A stretch of 27,191 nt of DNA from a virus. Lineage: Duplodnaviria; Caudoviricetes. Under the pieces are notes generated by a model. That model did not search any database, had not been told where the DNA came from, and saw only the letters and a program-made list of their open reading frames with translations. Position 1 is the first letter of the stretch, and each line of letters starts with the position of its first letter. Positions 1 through 7,703 of the stretch are shown in pieces. Location: IMG/VR virus record IMGVR_UViG_3300020215_000128, positions 1 to 27,191 of that record, one strand, 5' to 3'. The position numbers and the translations under genes are program-made.

Positions 1-130
1 TATCCAGGAAGGCTCTGTTGGTTACGTGGGGTAAGAGGCTCTTCAAGGCCTCACGTAGCTCAGGGGTCTGTACCTTATCCTCTTTAGATAGAGGAATAAG
101 AGAGTCTAGGTATGAGAGGGAGTGCATAGA

Positions 131-526
131 ATGGACGCGATAGACGATGTTTCTGGGCGCGTGCCAGGGGCACCGGGCTCTCGTCCTTCGGACCAAGCCC
201 CTGCGGGTCTTGGCGGTTCCCGCTTCGATCCCTCGCGCTTCGAGCCTGAACGTTACGATGGCAAGCCTCGATGGCTTCCCAAGAACGAGCGCAGGCTACT
301 TCGCGTTTTGCTCGACGTCGTTGAAGAACGGATGGCGCTCATGAGCGACCGGGAGCAAACAGAGCTGCTATGTGGTTGCCTCAACGTGTCGCCCGTCAAC
401 TGCGCATGGGACGAGTACGCGCTGGCGGGTATCATCTACCACTCGCTCAGCCATGATGTAGCGAACCGCGATAGGGATAGTCGCCGAATGGCCGAGACCG
501 AAGGGCTCGGGGCGAAGCCCGACTAG
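131..526 (+). CDS. Hypothetical protein whose two ends are encoded by the inverted structured elements
   Basis: ORF with ATG at 131 (alternative GTG at 122) preceded by GAGAGGGAG. No recognisable domain. Reads through elements 154-237 and 467-550. Confidence 0.5.
   Translation: MDAIDDVSGRVPGAPGSRPSDQAPAGLGGSRFDPSRFEPERYDGKPRWLPKNERRLLRVLLDVVEERMALMSDREQTELLCGCLNVSPVNCAWDEYALAGIIYHSLSHDVANRDRDSRRMAETEGLGAKPD
154..237 (-). repeat. 84-nt multi-hairpin element, left (inverted) copy
   Basis: Reverse complement reads CGCGA-GGGAT..CGG(GAA)CCG-CCAAG-A-CCC(GCA)GGG-G-CTTGG-TCC(GAA)GGA..AGCCCGG-TGCC(CCT)GGCA..CGCCCA. Same layout as 467-550. Confidence 0.75.
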
Positions 527-550
527 CCCGGTGGCGTAGCCAATCGCCCA
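467..550 (+). repeat. 84-nt multi-hairpin element, right copy
   Basis: Pairings GCGAT/ATCGC (468-472/543-547), TAGTCG/CGACTA (478-483/520-525), CCGAG/CTCGG (492-496/506-510), plus hairpins GGC-GAA-GCC and TGGC-GTA-GCCA. Confidence 0.75.
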
Positions 551-568
551 ACCTTTATCGGAGTCCCC

Positions 569-751
569 ATGCCCAAGAAGTACCACATAACCGGCACAGA
601 CACTTATGGAGACCTCCACACCTTTTCCACTGATGATGAATCAAGAGCAACAGCCATGCTTCATCAGATGAGAGAAGACCTGGAGAACGTATCCATGCGT
701 GAGGGCGATGAGATCGTCTGGATACCGAGGATGGAGATGAACCCGAAGTGA
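569..751 (+). CDS. Hypothetical protein, 60 aa
   Basis: GGAG RBS before the ATG. Stop overlaps the next start (GTGA). Confidence 0.6.
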   Translation: MPKKYHITGTDTYGDLHTFSTDDESRATAMLHQMREDLENVSMREGDEIVWIPRMEMNPK

Positions 752-1098
752 TCGCTGCCGCCCTGTTCCTATGTACAGTATCGGCCGTGACGGATGGCGA
801 CTCTCTGCGCTGCACTGACGGCACCCGCGTTCGCCTGCACGCGATCGATACGCCTGAAATGCCGGGAGCGTGCCGGCAAGGCCGTGTCTGCGCCCCAGGC
901 AATCCGCATCAAGCTAGGGCGGCCCTGGTGAAGCTCGCTGCTGGCAAGACGCTCAAATGCCAGAAGACCGGAACCAGCTGGGAGAGAGTAACCGCCTATT
1001 GCTCGGCCGATGGGAGGGATCTGAGCTGCGCCATGTACCGCGGTGGATATGCGGTAAGGCTGGAGCAGTTCGACCGTAATCGGCGGCTGTGTCGTTAG
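748..1098 (+). CDS. Thermonuclease (staphylococcal nuclease-like) family protein
   Basis: Motifs VTDGDSL, VRLHAIDTPE, DLSCAMYRGGYA. Short hydrophobic N-terminus, Cys-rich. Confidence 0.88.
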   Translation: MIAAALFLCTVSAVTDGDSLRCTDGTRVRLHAIDTPEMPGACRQGRVCAPGNPHQARAALVKLAAGKTLKCQKTGTSWERVTAYCSADGRDLSCAMYRGGYAVRLEQFDRNRRLCR

Positions 1099-1421
1099 AA
1101 GATACCGAGGAACTTCGGCCGAGCCTTCTTTGCCGCGGCGGCGTCCCTTGCTTCACACCGCTCGACAAGAGCAATTGTGTCCTTCGTGCGGCCGTTAGCC
1201 ACCTCGAGCTTTCCCGTCTGAGCCTCCCCGAACGATAACCACTCGCCCACGCTATCGCCAGCAGGCAAGGGAACAGGCGCGACACCTTCCCTCCAGCTAC
1301 CGGGGATTAGCGACGAGCAGCCGGCAGCGCTCGCTGTCACGATATGCGTCCCTCCTGCACAGCCCGCGGAGAGTAGCAACAGACACGTGGGGATGGATTT
1401 GCACATCAGCGCCAGTCGCAT
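1095..1421 (-). CDS. o-spanin (Rz1-like outer-membrane lipoprotein)
   Basis: Lipobox LLLLSAG-C, Pro-rich segment. 5' part overlaps the i-spanin in another frame. Last gene of the lysis cassette. Start at 1421 or 1406. Confidence 0.8.
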   Translation of the reverse strand: MRLALMCKSIPTCLLLLSAGCAGGTHIVTASAAGCSSLIPGSWREGVAPVPLPAGDSVGEWLSFGEAQTGKLEVANGRTKDTIALVERCEARDAAAAKKARPKFLGIF

Positions 1422-1674
1422 TGCGGATTTCCTTCTCATTCTGGACGGTAAGCTCGTCTGATGCTCTCTCGCGCTCCTGGGCGGCTCCCTGAGTGGCAAT
1501 CGCATCCTTGGCGGACTCCACGACCGCTTTGCCCTGGGCGCGCTCTAGGCGGCTCTCAGCGGCCTTCTGCTTCGACCGCTGGCAGGACTGGACCTGAAGG
1601 AGCCCCAGCACGCAGATGACGAAAACGACGGCCACGACAATGCGTGTCGCCATTGTGGATAGACCGCAGATCAT
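1297..1674 (-). CDS. i-spanin (Rz-like)
   Basis: Single N-terminal TM segment (IVVAVVFVICVLGLL), coiled-coil-like periplasmic region, C-terminal cysteines. Overlaps the lipoprotein gene. Confidence 0.8.
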   Translation of the reverse strand: MICGLSTMATRIVVAVVFVICVLGLLQVQSCQRSKQKAAESRLERAQGKAVVESAKDAIATQGAAQERERASDELTVQNEKEIRNATGADVQIHPHVSVATLRGLCRRDAYRDSERCRLLVANPR

Positions 1675-2096
1675 GGGACAACCTCCAAGAAACGGTGGCG
1701 CATTGCCGACCAGTCCACACCGCCGATGATGGGGCGTTCAGCAGCTCGGGCGAAGCGCTGGAGGCTTTGCGCCATCAGCTCCTCGTATGCGGCCTCATGG
1801 GCAGGGATTGGCTTATCGTGCGCCAAGCCCCAGAGGATCGGGCTAGGCCTATCCAGCAGGAACTCGCTTACGACGTGGTGGGCAATCTCATGCTCAATGC
1901 AGTATCGCCACTGGTCGAAGCCGTAGCCGCACCTGTGAGCAATCACGCTGTAGCAGTGGTCCCAAGGATGGGGCACGGCGGGAACGCTGGTCCCGTCGAG
2001 GAAGCGGGAGGTGCAGCCCCAATCGTGCGCTTCTACCGACGCATAGCGAAGAATGATGACCGGCTCCGCAGCGGGAGCCATGTCCATCACGTTCAC
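1671..2096 (-). CDS. Hypothetical protein with HExxH motif
   Basis: EHEIAHH motif. Coupled to both neighbours by GTGA and ATGA overlaps. Confidence 0.7.
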   Translation of the reverse strand: MNVMDMAPAAEPVIILRYASVEAHDWGCTSRFLDGTSVPAVPHPWDHCYSVIAHRCGYGFDQWRYCIEHEIAHHVVSEFLLDRPSPILWGLAHDKPIPAHEAAYEELMAQSLQRFARAAERPIIGGVDWSAMRHRFLEVVP

Positions 2097-2272
2097 TTCT
2101 TCTCCACCACCTCGGCAATGCCGGATGCCTGGACAAGCTCAATCGAGCGTTCAGCATCGATGCGCCTGCTGTAGCTTTCGCCTGATGCGATTATCTCGCC
2201 GTTGTCAGCACGCAGACGCCATGCCCATTTCTTGCCGCCGAGCGTCAGCTGGCGATACAGTTCAAAGTGCAT
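2093..2272 (-). CDS. YegP/DUF1508 family protein, 59 aa (absent from the ORF track)
   Basis: Manual translation MHFELYRQLTLGGKKWAWRLRADNGEIIASGESYSRRIDAERSIELVQASGIAEVVEKK matches the W-R-L-x-A-x-NGEIIA-x-GE-x-Y pattern. Fills the gap after the endolysin. Confidence 0.88.
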   Translation of the reverse strand: MHFELYRQLTLGGKKWAWRLRADNGEIIASGESYSRRIDAERSIELVQASGIAEVVEKK

Positions 2273-2275
2273 GGT

Positions 2276-3109
2276 CTATCCCCACTGCCCGGCGCCGAGC
2301 GCCTTCTGGAAATCCAGGGCGTACCCAGCGATAAGCTCGTCCTTGTCGGTGCCGTTGATGATGCGGCGAGCGTTCTTGAAGGGACCGACGCCCGCGTAGC
2401 CGACCCTCGGCAGGTAATTGGCTAGGCTCTTTCCAGTGAACCAAGCACCTTCCATGCCTTTGACCATGATGTCGGCCGCAACATCGGGCTGCAGGGCGAG
2501 GTCAGGATTGCCGACGAGGTCGATGCCTAACGCCTGCCCCGCCTTCATATAGTTTCGGCGGCCCGTTATCTGGACGAACCCGCGTCCACAGAACCGGCAG
2601 CCGTCACCCGGCTCGGTGTTACCGAGTTCCTTTGCTTTGTCCGGTCGCTGGCCTTCAATTCCATAGCGGCGCGTGAAATAGGCTTCCCCGCCATATTCCT
2701 TGATGGGCTGCATTGTGTGCGCTGTCTCGTGGTAGGCAGTCGCGAGGGCATAAGCCGTCCAGCTGATTGGCCAATTCGCAGCGCCACATGCGGAGGTGAT
2801 TGCTGAGCAGCCATCCACCTCGTCGGTGGAGAGCGAAGGCCCAAGCATCTTGTTCGTGCGGAGCGCGTCGAAGAAGCCTTGGGCGAAGCGGAGGCCGGTT
2901 TGTTTCTCACGAACACCCGTTTCGTGAACAACAACGGGATTTGTGTTTAACGGGTGATCATCAACCGCCCCGTCAATGGTGACGGAAGCCCCTGTCCTGA
3001 AAGCCTCGTCAATGGCGGCGTCAAGAACCCGCACTTCCGCCAGTGTGAAGGGATGCCCGTTCCGCAGCACCTTCACCGCGGCGAAGATTTTGGCCCGGTC
3101 GATTTTCAC
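2276..3109 (-). CDS. Endolysin, glycoside hydrolase family 19 (chitinase/lysozyme-like)
   Basis: Motifs AYALATAYHET, PIKEYG, GRGFVQITGRRNY, ARRIINGTD. Lies next to holin and spanins. Confidence 0.9.
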   Translation of the reverse strand: MKIDRAKIFAAVKVLRNGHPFTLAEVRVLDAAIDEAFRTGASVTIDGAVDDHPLNTNPVVVHETGVREKQTGLRFAQGFFDALRTNKMLGPSLSTDEVDGCSAITSACGAANWPISWTAYALATAYHETAHTMQPIKEYGGEAYFTRRYGIEGQRPDKAKELGNTEPGDGCRFCGRGFVQITGRRNYMKAGQALGIDLVGNPDLALQPDVAADIMVKGMEGAWFTGKSLANYLPRVGYAGVGPFKNARRIINGTDKDELIAGYALDFQKALGAGQWG

Positions 3110-3498
3110 CGGGCGTACTCGGGGAGTTCTTCGTCAGGCCACGGCGTAGGATGAGGGACGGCCTCGATGACGTTGGCAGGATTCTCAGGCGGGTTAACCA
3201 CCTCGACTTGCTGCGGTCCCGTCGCCGCACTCGATGCCAGCGCTGCCGTTGCTGTGGCGCTCTCATGGACGATGGTGGCGTTCTTCTCTGCCAGTTCGCC
3301 GCCGTTCTTGGTTGAGGCGTAGGCCCAAGCGATAAGGCCGCCGACCAGACCATTGGAGATGATTACAGTCGCGATCGTCTGGAAGAACTCGTCTTCCCGC
3401 AGCGACCTGTCTTCCTTCATCATCCAGAGCAGCATGATGCTGATCGCGAACACGCCGATCCCGATCCATCCGCGGGCGTCAGGCCATTGTGGTTTCAT
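3106..3498 (-). CDS. Probable holin with two TM segments
   Basis: Two hydrophobic helices and a polar C-tail. GGGGAGGGG RBS before ATG 3498. GTGA overlap with the endolysin. Confidence 0.7.
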   Translation of the reverse strand: MKPQWPDARGWIGIGVFAISIMLLWMMKEDRSLREDEFFQTIATVIISNGLVGGLIAWAYASTKNGGELAEKNATIVHESATATAALASSAATGPQQVEVVNPPENPANVIEAVPHPTPWPDEELPEYAR

Positions 3499-3511
3499 CT
3501 TCCCCTCCCCC

Positions 3512-3916
3512 TCAGATGTCAGCAAGCCAGAGGCAGATGGCCGACCAGGCAAGGGTGATTGCGCCCATGCCCCACAGCCAGCGTGGCTTTGGACGCTCTA
3601 GGTCGGCAAGCCAGACCATCATCACTTTCGCCCCGAGAATGACGGCTAGACCAAAGCCGATTACCAGCCCCTCCCATCCGAACAGCTGGCGGGAGAGGCC
3701 GTAATGGATGTTGCCCCATGCCCGAGCTCCAAAGAGCACGACCGAGCCGATTGAGTTGAAGCCGAGCGCCGCAGCGAGCCAGAAATAGCGGTCGTGCCGC
3801 CAAGCTCCGTCTATTGCCGTGAGACGATGAGCAGCGAGACGTGTCCAGAAGATACTCAGGAACAACCCGGTGACGGTGAGCATCCCATAGAGAAAGAAGA
3901 ACAGGAACTCACGCAT
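3512..3916 (-). CDS. Integral membrane protein (about 4 TM), lysis-region associated
   Basis: Four hydrophobic stretches. ATG 3916 overlaps the upstream gene end. Confidence 0.7.
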   Translation of the reverse strand: MREFLFFFLYGMLTVTGLFLSIFWTRLAAHRLTAIDGAWRHDRYFWLAAALGFNSIGSVVLFGARAWGNIHYGLSRQLFGWEGLVIGFGLAVILGAKVMMVWLADLERPKPRWLWGMGAITLAWSAICLWLADI

Positions 3917-4124
3917 TACGATCACCTACAAGCTGGCGGATTGCTTCATCGACGGTCTTTGCAGGGACCGCGGCTTCCTCTTCGGCTAGGACGGACTGAA
4001 GACGATCGATGGCGGCTGCGGCCCGGTCGGTTGGCGTCTCCCGGCGCATCCGCTCGTCGGTGCCGAAGGCCGTCTTCAGGACAGCTTTCATGCTCATCCA
4101 AAAGCCCCTTTCATCTTTCGGCAT
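3909..4124 (-). CDS. Hypothetical protein, about 71 aa
   Basis: Overlaps both neighbours. GGAG upstream of ATG 4124. Confidence 0.6.
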   Translation of the reverse strand: MPKDERGFWMSMKAVLKTAFGTDERMRRETPTDRAAAAIDRLQSVLAEEEAAVPAKTVDEAIRQLVGDRNA

Positions 4125-4455
4125 AGGTCGTGCTCTCCACACGAGCCGAGACGGCTCGGAGCACAGCTAACTCGGTCTTAAGCTCCCCCATTGCTTCACC
4201 GAGCTTGTCCGCAGCGTCTCCGAACTTGTCGGCAACGGCCCACATTTTTTCGCGCTCTTTGCTCATGTTCCAGGCAGCGAGGCCGCGTTCCACGATCATC
4301 ATGGCGATGACGACCATGAGGAAGTAGAGCGGGATCTGATCTTGAGGCAGGCCAGCAGCTGCCCGCCCAACCTCTGCCACGTCGGGCATTGCTGAAGGCG
4401 GCGCTGAAGCCCCCAAGGACAACAGCAGGCCCAGCGGCAAAACAAGCCGAACCAT
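4111..4455 (-). CDS. Membrane protein with signal-like N-terminus, one TM and coiled-coil tail (holin/antiholin-like)
   Basis: GGAGG RBS before ATG 4455. Segments MVRLVLPLGLLLSLGASA and IPLYFLMVVIAMMIV, then a heptad-like C-terminus. Confidence 0.65.
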   Translation of the reverse strand: MVRLVLPLGLLLSLGASAPPSAMPDVAEVGRAAAGLPQDQIPLYFLMVVIAMMIVERGLAAWNMSKEREKMWAVADKFGDAADKLGEAMGELKTELAVLRAVSARVESTTYAER

Positions 4456-4511
4456 CCCCTGCCTCCGCTCATAAGTCCGTGTGTGCGGGCAGCAGAACCC
4501 CGCGAAGCTAT

Positions 4512-5315
4512 CTAGGGCTTGGCGCCGACCGTGTTGTTCTCGGCCTTCACCGACCCGCCAACGATGTTGATGCTCACCCGGTGCTTGGAGCCGGGAAGCG
4601 TCACAACACGATTTCCCGCCACCTCGCAGTTGCGGCACTCGTAGAGGCCGATGCCCTGCGGATAGGACCCGGTGATTGAGTTGTTCCGGATCACGATGCG
4701 ATCGTAGCCGCCGTCATTGACGCCGTTGCGAACATGATTGCCGAAGAAGATGCCCTGGACGCCGGCGCCGTTCAGAGTGACCTTTTCCACCAGGATATCG
4801 GAGGTGATCCCGCCTGGACGGGACCAGCCCTGCACGCAATCGGGATGAGCTTCTCCCGTCGTGAAGCCGTCGCAGACGACGTTTGAGACGGTCACATGCT
4901 GCGACGATGCGATATTTACCCCGTCGATAATCATTCCGGAAAAGCGGGAGTGGCTGACCTTCACCCGTTGCGAACGGTCGATGACCAGGCCGCGTTTGCT
5001 CTTCACGAATGCCGACTTGTAGAAGGTCACGTCCTTCGACGCCTGGACCTGAGCTGCATATCCCGAACCGTCCATGCTCGGCCCGAAGGTGCCTCCGTTG
5101 ACGTGAATCCCGCTGGAGTTCTGGATGACCAGCCTGAGCCGCGCACCGAAAGCGTTGAGCGTGACCCGCTGCGGCCAATGACGGTTTCTGATGATAACCG
5201 TTCCATAGTCGCCAGGCGCCAACGTGATCGAGTCGCCGGGCTTGGCTTCCGACAGAGCGGATTGGATGGTCGTCGGTGTGGCTGAGAGCGCCGCTAGGGC
5301 AATCAATTCTAACAC
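4512..5315 (-). CDS. Right-handed parallel beta-helix protein (pectin/polysaccharide lyase-like)
   Basis: TIQSALSEAKPGDSITLAPGDYG capping motif, repeated beta-helix rungs, HPDCVQGW. GGAG RBS before GTG 5315. Confidence 0.8.
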   Translation of the reverse strand: MLELIALAALSATPTTIQSALSEAKPGDSITLAPGDYGTVIIRNRHWPQRVTLNAFGARLRLVIQNSSGIHVNGGTFGPSMDGSGYAAQVQASKDVTFYKSAFVKSKRGLVIDRSQRVKVSHSRFSGMIIDGVNIASSQHVTVSNVVCDGFTTGEAHPDCVQGWSRPGGITSDILVEKVTLNGAGVQGIFFGNHVRNGVNDGGYDRIVIRNNSITGSYPQGIGLYECRNCEVAGNRVVTLPGSKHRVSINIVGGSVKAENNTVGAKP

Positions 5316-5391
5316 GCGTTTCTCCAAAATGGACGCAATTGCCGGCTCTTACGGTATTGTTTTAAGAATGTTCGCCGTTCAGCCTTCGGCT

Positions 5392-5487
5392 ATGAAGGCA
5401 CTGAACTGGAAGTCCGCGCTCGCGATCATCGCCATAGTCGCGTTCATCATCTTCGGCATGATGTTGGACAATCCGCCGCCCTATTAG
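5392..5487 (+). CDS. Small single-TM peptide (31 aa; 39 aa if started at 5368)
   Basis: MKALNWKSALAIIAIVAFIIFGMMLDNPPPY occupies an otherwise empty gap. Its stop overlaps the convergent stop at 5484-5486. Confidence 0.5.
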   Translation: MKALNWKSALAIIAIVAFIIFGMMLDNPPPY

Positions 5488-7703
5488 GCGTAGGCACCTG
5501 CCGTGTCGTTCGAGGTAGTCCGGGCAGTACCTGCGAGATCGTGAGACAGGACCGCGGCCGAAACCATGCTCTTGGCCGGCGAACCGCTCTGCACCGTGTA
5601 TGTGCCGCCTCCAGCGCCAGCAACATAAGCAGAGCCGTTATGGGTCGTGTGAGCGGGTGTCGTGAACTTCGGATCAAAGTTCGTCGATCCGTCGCTGTAG
5701 CTCAGCTCACTGACGTTGTTGAACTTCGCACCAAGACCAGGATATTCCTGAGCCTCATTACCACCGAGAGCCGTCGCAGCGCGGAAGGGTGACAGTTCCC
5801 CCTGACAGCCGACGCCATACTCGTAAGGCCAGTTGCCCTGCCTCGCCCCGTTCAGCGCGAAAACGTCGCTCTTTGTGAAGACGCCGACGTGGATGTTGCC
5901 CTTGCACGACATGAGTTTCGAGGTCCGGGGCGTTGTGCCTTCGTCGTAGAAGATGTTGCCGCGTCCACAGAGCCCCCAGCCCGCGAAAGTGTTGTTGTGA
6001 AGAATGACGTGGCTGTTACTGCCGATCGCATTGTCCGAAGAGATGCGAATGGCTGGACCTGTTGCGGCCGAGGTCCATTCGAAGACGTTCTGGAGAACTG
6101 CCGCGCCATTCACGTCCACGAGCGTTCCTGTCGTGTCCGACCCAAGCTGGACCGGGCCGAGAGGCGAGGATGCCGCGCCAATCCTTCCGAAGCGGTTGAA
6201 GGCAATGATAGACCCAGTGAGAGTCCGTCCGCCCCGCGGAAGCTGGCTCGGCCTCTCGATCGAGCTGCCAACTATCAGCCAGCCTTCAACGGGACTGTGC
6301 GCGGCGAAGGTGATGTCCACCCCGCGGAAAATACGATGCTCGAAAGAGGCAGAGGCATTCAGGGTAGAGGCGCCCATGTTCGAACAGGTGGCGCCATACC
6401 AATAGCCATGCGCGTTCGTGAACATCGCCGCGTTTGACGTAGCGCCGTTGTCGTATGTGATATCGTCGAAGATGACCTCGAGTTGCGCTGGCGCTGCTTC
6501 GCCGACAATGCTGAGCGTCCCCGTCCTGATGACACCAACGTCATGGAATCGCAGCGCGCCATTCGTCAGGGGCGCGGTGATCGAGCCGCCGAGGCGAGGC
6601 CTGAACGCCGCAGCCCCGAAGGACACCCGGGCGTTTGCACGCGCAACGGTCGGATCGCGAGTGATCGTGATCGCGGCAACCTTCTGTGTCCGCGTGGCTG
6701 CCGTGGAGCCGAGGACGAACGGAGTCCCCCCGTCATCACCGATACGGATCTCGGCCATGTCGACGCCGGAAGTTGCCCCGAGGTCGGTATGCGCCTTGTT
6801 GATCGCCGCAAGAATGGTGGCGAAAGGCGTGCCCGAAGCAGTGGCAGCGTTCGTGCTGCCGGCACCAGTCCCGTCATTGCCACCGTTCGCGGCTGTCTTG
6901 ACGTAGTAGAGAGTTTTGGCACCCGTATTCTTGAGGAAGTAGCGAGGGCTGAACTCACGAGCGACCGAACTGTCCGCGCTGTCCAGAACCGATGCGGCTG
7001 CACCGATCCAGGGATAGACCTTGGCATTGCAGGTGATGAGGCCGGCAGTCAGCGTCGATACGTCTAGGGAGGCCTTGTAGCTGACGACGGCATTCCGATC
7101 CCCGGCGCGATTGGAAACGGCAGTAGCGGCGACGGTCTGCGTGACGGTATTCGTGCCATCGGTTGCGCGGAAAACGACGCAAGCCACCTGCTTGCCGGAC
7201 CTGGCGTTTCGATGGGCGGCAATGACCTCAAGTTCGATCGTATTACCTACCACCAGACGATGTGGCATGATCCAGTTGGCAACTGGCTTGGGGCTCGTTT
7301 CGGTGCTGTTGTTCGCCACCGTAAGGATCGTGTCGGTGGCGTAGACATAATCCGAGAGAGCGACGCGAGCGGCCGTAATGGTGGCCTGGTTCGGGTAGGC
7401 TTCCCGAACCCGCTGCGTGATCGTCAGCGTCTCTGAATATGTCGTCGCCGCGCCCGTCGCGTCAAACCCTTGTCGGCTGACCGTCTCAGACGTGAGGGGG
7501 TTGAGTGATGGAGGCGTACCGTCATGCTGCGCCGACCAGCCATCCGAATTAACCGACGAGAGCATGGTCGTCGGTGGAGGCGGTGGCGGGGGCGGTGGTG
7601 GCGGAGGGGGCGGTGGTGGAGGCGGAGGAGGTGGCGGCGGAGGTGCCGCGCCAATGCCACCGGCCATGAGCCTGCCCCAGTAGAAGAGACCGACGCCGAT
7701 CAT
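5484..7703 (-). CDS. Putative head fibre/depolymerase: short N-terminal anchor, 24-Pro linker, beta-helix body
   Basis: YYVKTAANGGNDG..GTPFATILAAIN motif, HVILHNNTF-type rungs, and a C-terminal DPKF..YTVQSGSPA..DLAGTAR..TAGAY (choice-of-anchor-Q-like). ATG 7703 lies in a TGATG overlap. Confidence 0.7.
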   Translation of the reverse strand: MIGVGLFYWGRLMAGGIGAAPPPPPPPPPPPPPPPPPPPPPPPPTTMLSSVNSDGWSAQHDGTPPSLNPLTSETVSRQGFDATGAATTYSETLTITQRVREAYPNQATITAARVALSDYVYATDTILTVANNSTETSPKPVANWIMPHRLVVGNTIELEVIAAHRNARSGKQVACVVFRATDGTNTVTQTVAATAVSNRAGDRNAVVSYKASLDVSTLTAGLITCNAKVYPWIGAAASVLDSADSSVAREFSPRYFLKNTGAKTLYYVKTAANGGNDGTGAGSTNAATASGTPFATILAAINKAHTDLGATSGVDMAEIRIGDDGGTPFVLGSTAATRTQKVAAITITRDPTVARANARVSFGAAAFRPRLGGSITAPLTNGALRFHDVGVIRTGTLSIVGEAAPAQLEVIFDDITYDNGATSNAAMFTNAHGYWYGATCSNMGASTLNASASFEHRIFRGVDITFAAHSPVEGWLIVGSSIERPSQLPRGGRTLTGSIIAFNRFGRIGAASSPLGPVQLGSDTTGTLVDVNGAAVLQNVFEWTSAATGPAIRISSDNAIGSNSHVILHNNTFAGWGLCGRGNIFYDEGTTPRTSKLMSCKGNIHVGVFTKSDVFALNGARQGNWPYEYGVGCQGELSPFRAATALGGNEAQEYPGLGAKFNNVSELSYSDGSTNFDPKFTTPAHTTHNGSAYVAGAGGGTYTVQSGSPAKSMVSAAVLSHDLAGTARTTSNDTAGAYA
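7572..7643 (-). repeat. 24 consecutive proline codons
   Basis: (CCN)24 using all four Pro codons, counted from the sequence. Confidence 0.95.

Noticed and set aside
467-550. tRNA, given the cloverleaf-like fold ending in CCA
   Set aside because: No T-loop or D-loop consensus and no 7-nt anticodon loop. Loops are 3-4 nt.
5339-5390. CtrA (TTAA-N7-TTAA) or LexA (GTTC-N7-GTTC) boxes in the AT-rich gap
   Set aside because: Half-site-like words are present but the spacing does not match.
7417-7683. Plus-strand poly-glycine ORF
   Set aside because: It is the antisense image of the polyproline tract.
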